This document shows, one piece after another, positions 22,624 through 36,955 of a DNA stretch of 64,000 bases (position 1 is its first letter; each line of letters starts with the position of its first letter). A program made the translations under genes and the position numbers. Source of the stretch: Cyanophora paradoxa CCMP329 (lineage: Eukaryota; Plantae; Glaucophyta). The notes below the pieces were generated by a model. It ran no database searches and was not told the DNA's origin. It worked only from the letters and a program-made list of their open reading frames with translations. The stretch covers positions 1 through 64,000 of the forward strand of contig QPMI01000151.1 in NCBI GenBank assembly GCA_004431415.1, read 5' to 3'.

Positions 22624-23699
22624 GATAAGATTGCTTACAAATTGAGGTCTCTAGGAGAAACTTTGAAAGCACATCGATATGAATATCCTCGATCCCTCTT
22701 TACGTGCACTCTATTTTCTGGTGGCCTTGATACTTTAAACTCGGAAATTTAACGGACATCTGTTTTTATTCAAGGCGCGCGGGGGCGCCCGCCGGATGGG
22801 CTTCAATCCGGGGGCTGCACCGGTACCCGGGGCCGTGTCGACGAGGAGGGGGCGGCGGCGTGGCTAGCGCTGTCGGCGGGGCGCTGGCCATGGGGGCCGC
22901 GGGCGTGGGGGCGGCCAACGAGGGGGTGGGCCGGGGGGGGGGGGGGGGGGGGGGGGAGGATGCTCGCCGGTATCCCCGTGGGCGGGGGGGGGGGGGGGGG
23001 GCGCTCCTGGCGGAGGGGGGAGGAGGCGACGTCGAGGCGCGCGCGCCCTTCCACGGAGGTCGGAATTCGAACCGTGAAACAGGCCGTACTCTTCTACGAC
23101 GCCTTCGAATTCTTTTACGGCGTTCATTGCGGGGTGCAACTCGAGCAACCGGTCTGACTACGATTTAAACGCGGCATGCGCACTGGTGCGTGCGCTAGCG
23201 GGGCGCTAATAAATAGTTCAGAACAGGATCTGGTTTCGAGCCATGATCATCGGATCATGATAGCTTTCATGATCAATTGCCGACCGCGAGCTCGAGTCAT
23301 GCGCTGTGCTTCTATCGCAGGTGGACTGCTCAAGCCTTTTCAAGCTTAAGCCATTAGTATTCCTCTTCTTTCCTGGCTTTGATTTGCCTAAATTAAGCTT
23401 CTTTCCTGGCTTTAATTCGCCTAAATTAAGATAGCTGATTCGCGTATCATGCATATCTCGCGATTAGTCGCGGAGTGAAATAAAAAGCCGTCTAGAGAAG
23501 GCCGCAGTTGCAGTTGGCCAGTGATGTAGTGGCGAGCAGTACCTTAATTAAGTGATTAATTTTATTTGCTGATATACATGTTCATATGTACGGCGAAAAC
23601 GAAAAGCGAAAGATCTTATATTATCGATATCTCACTCACTGTGGCGAGCGCTTGCTGCTGAATTCGAATATAAGGATTATGCTTGCAATGGTATTCTAC

Positions 23700-26221
23700 C
23701 TGCAATCAAAGCTGATCATGAATTGCAGGGCTGCCTCACAGCAGCTGGGGCCGGGAGAGCGCCGCGTTGGCAATCGCAAGAGCGGAAGCAAAGGCAACAG
23801 CCGCGCTCCAGATTGAAGACGCTTCTGCGCCTGCAGCTGCGGAGCTTGAGACAAAAGGCCTGCGCTCGGAAATATAACAACCATCAATTGCAACTCGACG
23901 ACGAGTCGACGACACGGGATCAATATTTCATCGGCGTTTAAATTATTCTGATCGAGAACGGACGCACACGGACGCGATCGTCGACGTCGGGGTCCACTGG
24001 AAGGCCTGCGTGCAGGAATTCGAAAGAAATGATTAATGTTCGGGTCACCGGCGGGAATTCGAAGGGTCCAGAATCGAATACGATCTCGCGATAAAATGGC
24101 TCAGAAATTCGCGCACGTTCTGGAGGGTGAACGCCTGCGCGCGCGAGTTTGAAGTGAGCACCCAAGTGCAACCCGGTCCGTCATCCAAATTATAAAGCGG
24201 ACAACACTTTTCGCGCAAGAAAGCGGATTATAAAAAGGATTATAAGGCGCCAAATTATAAAGCGGATTATATTATTAAAGTTCGAAGGAAGCGCAAGTGC
24301 AACCCGGTCCGTCATCCAAATCATAAAGCGGATAACACTCTTTTCAATTACTCAAACGTGCTCACCTGAAAGGCGTCGTTGACGCTCTTGATCTGGATGC
24401 CGTAGCCAGTCCCCTGGGAGAATTGGAGGAGGCTGCGCGCCGTCTGCCGGTTGCAGTTCGCCGAGAAGGGGGGGACGCCTGCGCACATACGGATTACATA
24501 TTATATATATATAATTTAAGATGGCGTGAAACTTGCGAAGTTGAAGCATCGAAATCGATCTCGCAAATTCAAAATCAAGCTTTTGTGCGCACGGAAGGTG
24601 ATTTGGGTCGAAGAAAAGATGCGGGGGTTGAGGGCGGGGCAGCTCAGGCCGGACGACGCGAGGATCAAGATCTCGATAGGCTCCCCGGCAGGGAAGTTTT
24701 CACCGAACAAACTCACTTCTCCGCCCGTCTGCAGAAATAGAAATCGAATTGATTACGTATGCGAGCTTAGCCATCGGATCGTTTTCCGAAGTTAATTAAA
24801 CAGCGGGGCGATATCGATGCGCACGGGAGGGGCCTGGATGACGGGGCGCGTGAGGCGTGCCGAATTCGTCGCATCGAACTCGAGGGTGACCCCGGGAAGG
24901 CCCGTGTTCACGCCTTGCACGATGATCCTCGTGATGTTGAGCGTCTGCGTGCGGGTTCCACGCGTACGTCAGCATGCGCAAAGCAGAACAACATCGACAT
25001 GTACACATAAGGCTTCCGATGATCACGAAAAGTTGAGTAAATTCCATGAGCATGAATTCGAACCTTGTGAATTGCGGGCGGCGCCGGCTTAGCTGTCGGG
25101 GTGGGAGTTGGTGCAGAGGGCGACGTGGTCGGGGTTGTTATTGGGGCCGCGTCAGGGCTTGAGGTTGGGGTCACAACGGCGGCCGTGGAGAGCGACGGGC
25201 TGGGGCTAGCACTGGGCGACGGGCTAGCGCTGGGCGGCGGGCTAGCGCTGGGCGAGGGGCTTGCGCTGGGCGACGGGCTTGCGCTGGGCGACGGGCTAGC
25301 GCTGGGGCTGGGCGAGGGAGACGGGGAGGGCGAGGGAGAGGAAAGACTGATAGGCGTAGGGGGAGGTTTGGGAGGGGCCACGCAGACGTTGCTGGAATTG
25401 ATGTTTGGCGACTGGCAATCGCAGAGAGGCTTGCCGTCTTGGGAGACGATGGGGCTGTTTGGAGAGCATGCGGGGCGCACGCAGAGATTTCCACTGTATA
25501 TCAGAGGAGAGTCGCAGACGCATAGAAGCTTGCCTTCACCGCTGAAGATAGAGTCGTTGGGAGAGCATAATCCGATAGGAACCTTGCTGTTCTTGCAGAG
25601 GAAACAGGCAATTGCAGATAGGGGTGCCGGTTTCGCTGTTGAAGACAGGGGCGTTTAGAGAGCATGTTTGGACACAGTAGTTGTTTCCATCGGTGTGCAC
25701 AACGAACGTAGTTGTTTCCCCGAGGTCGCCGGCGCCGGCTTGGCAGCAGCATGTGCCGTCGGCACGCTGTCCAGTCTTGCAAGGGGCAAGACCTTCGCCG
25801 CAGCCAGGATATCTGTGGGAGATCGACTTCGCACTGACGTAATTGTGATCGAACTTGCGCGTGCGGGGTGCACGCGCACGGTCTGCACCTGCAGCTGCCA
25901 AGGCGGATTCGGATTGAAATTCGTTCATGTATATATGTGCGGGCGCTGATCATGAATTGATCATGACGCACGTGCAAAAGGCTGTACAAGTGTAGAACTA
26001 GTGCGTAGGCTTGAGGCTGCCGGTGCGGAGAATTCGACGCCCACGCGCTCTGAAATGTCCGAGTATACGAAGCTATAGTTGGTGCATTTCGGGTGCTGGA
26101 ACCAGTGGAACGACGCCTCAGACGCGTTCGCGACTGAGGCGCTGGCCGTAGCAAGGAAAAGCAGGCCGAAACAGGCGAACGCCGCGACACCCCACGCACA
26201 CGAACGCGTGCGGTCCATCAT
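23700..26221 (-). CDS. Multi-exon secreted/cell-surface protein: signal peptide, Cys-rich repeats, Ser-Pro stalk, IPT/TIG-like domain (3' end uncertain)
   Basis: MMDRTRSCAWGVAAFACFGLLFLATASA; CSLNAPVFNSETGTPICNC and CSPNSPIVSQDGKPLCDC; (SPSASP)n at 25200-25340; SLFGENFPAGEPIEI...PRIFSSTQITFR. Confidence 0.7.
24163..24340. repeat. Direct repeat (~46 bp x2), probably intronic
   Basis: CAAGTGCAACCCGGTCCGTCATCCAAAT.ATAAAGCGGA.AACACT at ~24163 and ~24294. Confidence 0.8.
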
Positions 26222-27999
26222 GTTGCAGATTGTGCTGCCGCAGCGCTCCGCGGCGGCTGCAGCTGCGCGTACTAGCTATATATAAAGCGCTAGATCGCCT
26301 GCTGCCAAGTTGCCGCAGTGCCACGTGCGCGCGCACGGTGCCGCACTGCAGCCGCAGTGCGCATGCTTCGATTCTGCTTCCGAACTTCGCGTAAGTTCGA
26401 TCGCGATCTAGATCTGCAGGGGCCAGGGGGCCACGGGCCACGGCGCGGGCTAGCCCGGCGGCCGCTGAGCGCTACCGTGGCCTACTAAGTAGTAGATCAC
26501 TGCAGCTGATGAGTCTAACTTGAAAAGAGTCTACAGTCAATATATATATATAATATACGTACGTATACCAGGCCCGGCGGCGGGCCGGCGCCCGGCGCCG
26601 GTTAGTGCGGCCACCGTGGCCGCACCGTGGCACTGCGCCGCCGCTCATAAACTTAGTAAATCATGATCCAGGGCATTGATCATTGCCAGCAAGTTGAAAA
26701 TTGCAGGCTCGAGCTCATATGCATGCACTGCCATGCAGCAGCTGCGCGCAGCAGCAGATAGCCTGCAGGCTGCAGCCTCAGCCAGCCTGCAGGCGCCAGG
26801 CGGTGGCAGGCTGGCAGCCTGCAGCTGGCAGGCGCGCAGCTCATGATCAGCGGCTGGCGCCGGCTGCCACTGCCTGCCGGCCACTGGCAGCCACTGCCAG
26901 CCAGTGCCAGGGCGCGGACTCGCCGAGTCGCAAGTTCTCGCAACGTCGAGTCGTCGTCGACGTTGCGACTCGACGTACTAGTACTCGGCGAGCCTCGGAG
27001 CCGGCCGCGGCGAGCGCTCGCCGACTCGGCGAGCGCACAAGTTATTAACTATTAATAATGATTCTTATAAAGACCCTTTTTTGGGGTTTATTATTAATTC
27101 CATCACTGCGAGTGACCCGTCACTGGGCCGTCAGTGCCCGTCACTGGCCCGTCAGTGCCGTCAGCCGAGTCGATCGCGACTCGCGAGCTCGGAGCTCGAG
27201 GCTCGAGCTCGAATTACGAGATTCACGACTCACGGGCTTGCGATTCAAGTAACTTGACAAGCGACTCAAGTTGCGACTTGACCATGAATCCGAGATTCAG
27301 GAGTCAGGACACAGTGCACGTGACTCAGTGACTCAGTAATCATTGCGACTCGCGATCGATATCGCGAGACGCGATCGTGCATATGAAACGCGTATATTCA
27401 CTGTATATACTTGAATATATACTCTGCGAAGCGGCAGTACTAGCTAGCAGAGTACCAGTATCAGTATTCGCTTCGGCGCCGGCAGTACTCTGACTAGCTA
27501 CTCTGACAGTAACAGAGTCTGACTAGCTACGTATACTCTGACTGAGACTGACTCTGACTAGCCGCCGAGTCAAGCGTTCAACGGTCAACGTTTAACGTTA
27601 ACCGTTGAACACACGTGCCGGTTTGAACACTTGCCAATTGCAAAAAGCTGCCAAGTTAACAGACGAACTGGGTACACGAGAGCGCCCCCTGAACATGAGG
27701 AAACAGACGAACGTGCCCCCTAAAGATGAACAGGCTCCGGCCCGGCCGCGCACGTACCGTCGTCGGTCCGTCGAACGTCCGGTCGGGCCGGCGGGTCGGC
27801 CCGGGCGACCGCGCGGGCCGGCGGGCCAAGCGTTCCGAAGTTCAGGCCCTGTCCAGCGGCTCATGCTCACCGATCGCCGCGCGACTCGCGAGGCCCGCGC
27901 GCGAAGCGCTGATCATGACTCAGTGAAGCTAGGCCAAGCCGCTGAGCTTAAGTTGGCCAACTGCAAGCCTTGAAGCTATTAACTAGTAAGAGGGACCGA

Positions 28000-30900
28000 T
28001 CGCGACCGGCGACGATACCTAGATATTGATCTAGATATATAGAGCTGCAAGTTCGCCTACCGAGCTCGAGGCTGAAAACGCCTCATAGAAAAGGTTTGGC
28101 TGAAGCGAGGGAACGGGAAGCAAGCTGGGAGAAGCCCTTCGGTCTTCGTCCCCCCTTGCAATTTATAATTAATGCACAGCGTCTATACATGTACATCAGC
28201 TTATATATACTGTGATACGTATCAATATAGGACCGTCAACGTCGTGTGGAGAAGAGTACGTATACCGCGACGACATGTGCAGCAAGCAGGGCTGCCAGCT
28301 GAAGCTTAAAGGTGCCCCCATGGCCAGCCAGGCTCAGATCCAGAGCGGCGCCGGAGAGTTGAGGCGCCGCGGTGGTGGATGCCGCGCTGCCCGGGGCGAG
28401 ATCCGTGCTCACGCTCCAGTCGCCAAACTGCAGTTCGCTCATTATGTCGGTAGCGATTTGTATGATACTCATGATTTCGATCGATTTTTGAGTGATTGTG
28501 TGTGAGGGTAGCTATAATTATAGAATATTCAATATTAATGGAGGGCGACGCACTGTGACGGAAGTGATGCCCAGCGAAGCCCCGGCGGCCTTGCCAGCAT
28601 CCGAGTCCGTGTAAGAGACGATGGCGAGGAGAATCGCCTCGGCAGGGGCCCCCGGGATCCCCGTGCTATTGAACGATGTGGTCTGCGAAAGGTCCGCCCA
28701 CATGCGCGGCCATGCCGGGGCGCTTGTCATCAGGAGCTTGAGCGCTAGCGGGCCGCGCCATATATATATATACATATATAGAAGAGCGCACGAAGCTGTA
28801 GGTCATGGTGGACTGCTGGAGGAGACGTCGACTTCGGCCGCGGGCAGAGGAGCGCGTCGCCACAGTCAAACCGGCGACGAGCAACGAGTTCGTGCTGGCG
28901 GCGAGGGCTTGCTCGCAGTTCACGATCACATCCGCGAAGGTAGCTATAGTGCAGACCGCCTGCTCGTTCACGATTCCTTTAGACACGGTTTCTCTCCGAT
29001 GATGTACTACAGTATAATACTACAGAATTCATGACCAATCCACCTTGACAGCATGGGCGATTGAAGCAGCGCGCGAGGCCGCCTGCGTTGCTCCGTTTGC
29101 TGCTCCGTTCGGACAAAATTAATTATGTAAAGAATCAGAATATGTATGGAGCGGCAATTTAAAATATACATCGGCGGACCGCGGATGTAAAGGGGCCCAG
29201 CGGAGCTGTCAGACTCGTGGCTCGAGGGAACAAGGACGGAGCCGTTCTGCGAGTATATATAGGGCGCACGTCACATGTACGGTTATACGTATACGTGCTT
29301 TGAATTCAAGCGAGCGTCACTCAATGGCAAGCGCAATATGATTGCTAGCTTGCCGTGAGTGCGACTCCGTCGACAATGATCTCTTCGGGGCTGGAGGCGA
29401 CGGCGACGCCCGCGATCGCGAGGTCGGCGAAGGCGCCCTCCTCCTTGACGCTAAGAAGCATGTCCGCCGCGATCTGCGCACGAAACCGAATAATTTACAG
29501 GTGTTCGACCCTTCTACAACGACGAGAAGGGTCGACGTCGGGGTGCTCTGCATGCGCAGCTCCAGGGGGCCGTACGGACGGACCTCGACCGCAGTGGTCT
29601 CCCTCTCGTCGTCGTCGACGATGACAAGGTCCAAGAGCGCAGTGCTGGTGCCGCCCACAGCCGCGGCTAGCAGCTCCCTAGCGACAAAGAACGCTGAGAC
29701 GATCTCAAGATTAACGGCCCGAAATATGAATCGGAGCGGACCGCCGCGTTGGATTGGAATCCGGCAGCTGCCTGCACGGCGGTCTGAATCGGAACTGAAT
29801 GCTATTGGACGAAGCCGCAGCCGCTTCTTGAAGGTCGGCCTGGTTTCGAGCGCGCGAAATGTGGCGTGATTAGTATGCAGTTGGATTCGCGTCCGGCATT
29901 GGCATTCGGATCAACCGAGGGCCAGCCGCAATTTTGATATTAAAGCACGCACGAGAAAGCGACTGGACTGCACATTGCACGCTTCCGCGAGCGAGCCCGC
30001 CGCGACCGTGATAACGAAACTCACCTGCGTTCTCGCAAATTTAATTCAGTAACTTCAATTCCCTGCAGCTGCACCGCTAATGCACCTGCACAGGTCCGGA
30101 ACCTCTGAAACGTGTTCGAGTGCACTTCACAGAGAGAGTCGAGAAGGCCCCTGCGAAGCCCGCAGCGGCCGCGGGGTCCGCGGCCGTTACTGCGCATGCG
30201 CATGCCGCAGTGCTCGTGATCGCGAGCCTCGGAGTCGTAATTATGAGAAGACGCACACTGTCCGCGGATCGTTGATCTCGAGCTCTTGACGACATTGCCT
30301 GTGCGGTCCGTCGTCGCCTGTATCTGCAAGGTTTTCATGATCACGCTTACAATTAAGATCGATTTTCCGGATCCGGAATTGATCAGATCGTGATCATATG
30401 CATCACATGTACATACATAAAACTAGTTAGCTCAGCGACTTGTCAATCAATAATGAATGAGATCGAGGAATTCGAACACTTTAATTTGCACCTGTGCAAT
30501 GCTCCAGAATGCTCTCATAATCAACTGGCCGTCAGTTGTGTTGACGGCGATATCGATTGAGGCGAAGCTGCGGTGAACAAGCGAAGGTTAAAGGGAAGTG
30601 CGCGTGCACAGCAAAAAGGCTATGGCCATGATCTATCGGAACGTGCCACTAGTACTGTGTGGGGAATATCCGCGGCGCCTGGCCGGAATTCGAACGTGTA
30701 CATGTAATTGAATAAGGTATATATTTGATCCAATTTGAGTACTACGCCGTCAGTATCTAGGAATGCTGGAGCGCAGATCGTAGTTTTACTATAGCTAGTT
30801 TAGAAGTACATGTTGCTATTCGCGCACCCGTTGTTGGAGGCCAGGGCGGTCAGACCGGTGCTGTTGAGGCTGAGGGGGCTGGCGAGGGTGGCGACCGTCG

Positions 30901-33140
30901 AGCCGGCCTCGCCCACGGCGCCGGCTCCAATCAGGCTCTCGATGCGATTACTGGTCAGCGACGCCCGCGGCCGGTCCGGAAGCACCCTCATTGAGGTCAT
31001 AAACGAGTAGCCAGTGATCGTCGCCTTAATCTTGTTTGCAATCGGGGACACGTAAATCGGCGGAGTCGGAGAAGGCCAAGGCGTGGGGCTGGCCGTGGAC
31101 TCGGTCGCCACGTCGGGATCGGCAGATTGCAAGGCCGAACGCGCACGCGCATGCGTGCGGACGCGCTGGGGCGACGGGCCAGTCGTATCTTGAGGGATTT
31201 CCGGGAGAGGGGTACCGGGCGAGGGATCCTCAGGGATATCGATGGAAGTCGGCGAGGGGCTGGCCATGGGAGATGAGGACGGGCTCGGGCTCGGCGACAG
31301 CTGCACGATCGAGCTCGGACTTGCAGCAGGCGACGGGCCTGGGCTGGGCGTCGGACTCGGATTCGGGCCCGGGCCTATAATTAAGCTTGGATCCGGACTC
31401 GGGCTCGGGCTGGCTGTAGCCATGGTTTGCATGGGCGTCTGATACCGTATCTGCGAAAGCGCATATGTGCAGCACGATATCAATCACGATCGCGATACGA
31501 TCACCACGACCGGCCGCGGTACGGCACCATGATCAAATTAAAAGAATCTATAAATAGTAATGGGTAGAAGATCTAGATCTAGATCAGGTCCCATCATCTG
31601 GACTCTGAGACGTCGGGGTCAATCTAGATCCGATCTAGCCCAGGGACGCACGGAGAAAAGGCCGAGGCCACCTGTGGAGGACAGGGCCCTGAGGGTCTCT
31701 GAAGAGCTGTTGTCCACATGCATGGCAATTAAAGCCTCTGCGCAGTTCGCGAGGGAGTACGCGAGCGTCTCGTCGCGGGCCTTCTCTAGGACCGTCCCGC
31801 TCATGAAGCGAGTTCTCGAAAACTTTATCTGAGCGCGAAAAAAGTCGGCACCAGTACTCATTATTCGAATTCAGACGTTGCGATTGCACTAGTAGGATAT
31901 ATATATATATGTATTAATATCGACATAGCGGCGACGAGATCAGTTCCGTGGATGCTTGCTTGAATTGGGCGAACGCGATCGCGAGCTGGTAATCATAATT
32001 ATGAGGACACGGCTGATTTACACACCTTGAGAATTTTGCCGGCGGGTTTTGACTTGGTTTTGAAGATTCCTGCGTGTCAAAGAGGAGGAATCAAGATCTA
32101 GCTATAGGGCTATATCTATATGAGATTCTGCAGTCGTGTGTTATTGTATTTATTAATTTTAATTACACTCATTTGTACAACTGAAAGCAATCACGTGCAC
32201 CGGCGTTTCTCGTTTGGAGGGATGACGGCTGCGGTACTGTGAGAGCACCTGTCTCGCCACCCAGATCAAACGAATTCGCCCTTGTTGTCAAGCTTAAGGT
32301 GCGGTTGCTGAAGACCTGCAAAAGAGGGCCCGAAGGGGAATTCAAAACTCGGAGGATTCCATGCACTCGGTGCGTTTACATACGTGTACGTACCAGGGCG
32401 TTGAAGCCGCCTTCGCCATCGGAGCTGAAAATGGCCAGGCCTGCGCACGCGCACAATCGCAAGTAAGTACTACCTATATACGGTATGAGCTTCATATTAT
32501 GACCAGAAGCTTATGGGCCGGTCGCGGCCGAAAAACCGGCCGACGGCTGGCCGCCGGGCCATGGACAATCGGCGACTGCTTTTAAGGCCGATATATATTG
32601 AACTTCGGAATGAATGATTTGCCTGCCAACTGTGGATACCACCGCGACCGTCCGCTGCTGAAGACGCGCGTGTCTTGCGATAGAACGGCGTAGAAGTCGA
32701 CTGCGCAATTAATATTGCAAGGCGAAGTACCAGTCAGCAGTCCGAATTTGAAGGCCGCGCGCGCGCGCGGCTGCCACGCTTCAGCTGCCGCAGCGCAGCT
32801 GCAGCTGGCCTATGGCTGCATGCATATGCGCAGCCAAGACTATATGTGTACGTATGTATATGACATGCCATGATGATGTCAACATGCGCATGCATATGGC
32901 CGCGGCCGCCATCAATCTCACCGGTGCCGGCATTCGCGTTGCAATTGTGCGCGACTGCGAGAACCTCCAGGAGCACGAGCGCCAGCTGCAGGCCCATCGA
33001 TATTGCAAGGCCGAGGTCCACTGGGGCCAGGACGAATTCGAACTGTCCGCGGCCGTTCGCCGGCCGCGGCCGTACGCGTCGGACGAAACATGAGCTTGGA
33101 GGCGCCGGCCGCGGGCGCCGGCTCGGACGTCGACGCTCCA
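28000..33140 (-). CDS. Large multi-exon cell-surface protein with Ser/Pro stalk and RRLLQ motif (could be more than one gene)
   Basis: Exon-like ORFs 30800-31483 (SPSPSP-rich), 31619-31861, 29317-29658, 28666-28986 (RGRSRRLLQ), 28518-28775 and 28236-28472. A hydrophobic MGLQLALVLLEVLA lies near 32997. Confidence 0.55.
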
Positions 33141-34593
33141 TATGCGATTGTCGACTCGCGATAGGCATATGCATGCGCAACTTCAGCAGCGCAAGGTATC
33201 GCCAAGGTCGCTGAAGCTTCCAGCCTCAGAGCCTGTTCCAGCCTGAAGAACTTCCACTGTCTTCCAGTCCCTGATCACAGGGATGGCCCTGCACAGTCTG
33301 CCGGCGCCGCAGTTCGATCGGAGGATTCGGAGCTCGAGGACAGGTCGGAGGCCCGACTCCCGAGTCCCGACTCCCGACTCAGAGTCCCGAGGGCCGAGGG
33401 CCGACTCGGCGAGGCCCGGAGGCCCCGGACTCGGCGGAGGCCGGCGGCGGCGGCGGGCCGACGGCGGCCCGGCGCCAGCCCGGCGCCGGCTTGACGGCTC
33501 CGATGATCGATCCCGCCCGGCGGCCGGGCCGGACTCTCGAGCGGCGGATCCGGATTCCGGAGCCTCGGAGATTTACCAATACCGGTACGTACCAGGGTAG
33601 ACATGTACAGCCGCACTGTTGGCAGTCTGCTACCGGGTAACCGCAGCCGCGGCGCATGCGTCGGCGACTCCGAGGCTCGGCGACGAGTCGGCGACTCGGC
33701 GTATAATAGTACTTGTATGACTCAGTGATCATGACCGCGGCCGGCCGCGGGGCCCGAGGGACGGCGGGGACTCGCCGCCGGGCCGGGGAGTCTGTGATCA
33801 TGGTTACATGGTATGGGCGGCATAATGCATATGGGGCTTAAATTGGCCCGGCCCCTCTTCTGAGCATAGAGAATGCCATGGCCAGTCGACGTCATGATCA
33901 TGTGCATCATGGCCAGTAATATATATGTAACGGTAATAATGTTACGGTATGCATCATGGCATATGCGCGATTAATATTGGGGGCCGGACCGCGCGCGGCG
34001 GCCCACAGCCTGGGCCACAGGCCGGCGCCCGGGCCGGGGCAGCCGGATCCGGAGCCTCAGGGCCTGGCCCAGCCTGGCAGCTGCAGTGGCCAATGGCCAT
34101 GGGGGCCCGGCGGCCCCGGCCGCGGCCGCCCGCGGCCGGGGGCCGGGGCCCACTGGGGTGACTGGGCCCCCACGGTGCCTGGGGGGAAGCCAGAGTCGAC
34201 GTCCGACGGTCGGGGGCCCGGAGGCCTAGGCCTAGGCTAGCTATAGGGGACCATATTAGGGGTCTAGTAGGGCACTGTAGGGGAGCTCATGATCAACTTG
34301 GCATTGTTGGCAAGCTTCAGCTTGCATATATGGACCATATATATTAGATGGTATATAAGCTAAGCTAAGCTTGCTCAACGTATATATACGGTACGTATAT
34401 ACCGTGAATCTCCGTGATCGATTCCGGTGCGATCATGATCATTATCTGATCATGATCATATCATGATCATGATCATGATCCGGATCCGGATCCGCGGTCG
34501 CCGAGTCGAACTTGGAAATTCCGAATTGGAATATTTAATGAAATTCGAATTCCGATCCTCGGAAGTTCAAATTTCGAACTCGCGAATCGCTAG

Positions 34594-34833
34594 CTGTCAG
34601 TTCATTATGTTAGACGGATTCTTAGTTAGACGAGTATAGACGAGCGAACTGATTCGTCTAACTAAAACGATCATTACAGGTCGTAGACGGGGCGCTACCA
34701 TAGTAATGCCTCATAGCAGCGATACCCGGTGTGTGACCAAGCTCGTCTATCATTGACCACGTCTATCGCGCGGGGGCTGCAAACGTCTAAGTTCGGTCTA
34801 ACAAAGGCGACGTCTAACATAATGAACTGACAG
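34594..34833. mobile_element. MITE, 240 bp, 23-bp perfect terminal inverted repeats
   Basis: CTGTCAGTTCATTATGTTAGACG (34594-34616) and CGTCTAACATAATGAACTGACAG (34811-34833). Internal TAGACG/CGTCTA motifs are repeated. Flanks are TAG and TA. Confidence 0.85.
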
Positions 34834-35203
34834 TATCGGATCGCCGATCGACGGGCCCGGCGCCGGGTACATGAGCGCAGGCGTTGGCACTGCGTGCACG
34901 TGAGCGGCAGTGTAGTTACAGCCAACTTGCAGGCTCCCGCCGCCGGGCCGCGGCCGCGGCGCGGCCGCGGGCGCCGGCCGCCGGACCACCGCCTACCTGG
35001 TACCCGGCCCTACCGGTACCGTACCGTAGACTCCGTAGTACGGGACCACCGGTCCCGGGTAGCGCTGATATATCGTCGTAATATCGATCGCCGGCGCTCG
35101 AGCTCTGCTTCAACGTTATAATTACTTCGGCAAGCTTTTAAGGGCCCCGCGGAGCTCGCCCGACATCGACGCACGCTTCTTAAGTTACTCTTAACTGACA
35201 GCC

Positions 35204-36600
35204 ATGAACTACGACGACGCCCCGATGTTACGCACCGCGCGCGGCTTCGCCGTCGTCGAGCCGCCGGCCGCGGTGAGCCTCGGAGATCTAGAGCACTTAA
35301 GCTTGCTTGCAATTAAGTCTTGAGGTCTAGAGACATGCATCCGTGACCGGGTGTAATTGAATGATATCGCTGATCATGACCGTCGGACGGCCGCGACCGC
35401 GGCTGCCGCGGCTGCTGCGGCCGCAGGACCAGCAGTATGCGAACCCAACGAATGCGGAAGCGGATCTGAAGGCAACCATCGCGGGCCTGAGCGACGGCCC
35501 GAAGTTCTGTTCCCAGCTGGAGGACCTGCAACACTGGGCCCCCGTCTCGCAGCCGGTCTACAAAATCGTGCGCCCCCGGCCCGGCCCGATTGCGAGCTTT
35601 GCCCCGGGCCGGGCTCATCCTCGCGATCCTAATGCGTGCACGTGATCCCCGTGCAGACGTGCGTCAGTTATCCCGTGCACGTGCCCGCGCATGCGACCAC
35701 TGCCGCTCCTGTCTTAAATTAAAGAGCGCTTTGTCGCAGGAACGGGCAAGCGGTCGCGTTGGACAAACTGGAGCTCGAGCTTCCGTCAGCAGCCAAAGTT
35801 ACCGTGCCGGCCGTCTGCTGCCCGGATGACAACCTAATCCGGGGTCCATACTACATCGTCCAGGAGGGCGGCTCCTACGATGCGCCCATCACGTGCTGCA
35901 AGTTCCAGCGGGGGGCGAGCTCCTTCGCCTCTGCGGACGACGCCGCCAGGCACTTCAGGTCGACTTGCCGCAGTGCGCCCGCGAGTCAATTCTAATACTC
36001 CTGCAATATTTGTGCTGCTGTCATCGCGCTGCCCTGCAGCCGACGACTACCCTTATAATGACGTCGACGCGCAGGCGTTTACGGCATGGGCCATTCTGCT
36101 CAGCACGGGATTAAAGTGGAGAGGGCTCTGAAGGTTTTTGGGGCCCGCTTGAAAGCGGCCAACGACATGGCGGCGCCGGCGCGCTCCCGTCTCCAGCTGG
36201 AGGGGTACAAGCAGTACGTGGCTGACGCCGCCGAGCTCGACCTCGCCGCCTTCGACGACGGTACTCCCGCCCCCGCCGAGGTCTGCATGTACCCCCGCCC
36301 CGCTTTAATTTGCCGCATTGTACCCCCCCTGAACGCGTCCGCAGGGGGATGACGCACTCCTCGAGCTCGACGGTGACGCGTGCGCCTCGGCCGCGGACGC
36401 CGATTGGGCGGCCTCTGCACTCGTCCAGTTCGCCGAGCGCGACGCGTATGGGCCCCTCCTCTGAGCATGCTATAAATATATAGCTAATGCCAGTCGACGT
36501 CCTGTGCTTCTTCTGTTCGAATTCGAACTGGTATAGCGCGAATCGCGCGAGTGATTATGATTATATCCGCCCCTCAACACGAACGGCGGCGGGAGCGGAA
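35204..36600 (+). CDS. Small multi-exon hypothetical gene
   Basis: Exon-like segments bounded by cag/gt: YANPTNAEADLKATIAGL..., LDKLELELP...GPYYIVQEGGSYD, LEGYKQYVADAAELDL. No family recognised. Confidence 0.5.
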
Positions 36601-36955
36601 GGGGACGGGGACGGGCTCCAGGGAAAAAATATCATTCCTCTATTGTTCAAGCGGATTGAATTCGAAAATATCATTCATGCAAGCCATTCCTCTCCACTCT
36701 CAATCCGAATTCTGCGGCGGAGGCGGAAGCGGACGGCGGCGGAGCCCGTCCGAATTCCATGGCCAATCATTAACTGCAGGGGTGCCCCGTTCCGGGATCC
36801 GCCCTCAAGCTTCAAGGGGCCGGCGGCGGAAGCGGAAGGGGACAGGCTCGAGGGGCCGGAACGCTCCGATCAGCTGCGCGCGCGCAGCTGCAGGTCAGCA
36901 GAGAGCTCGAGCGCTGCTAGAACGAGAATCTTGTTAGATGGAAAATCTAGAGAGC

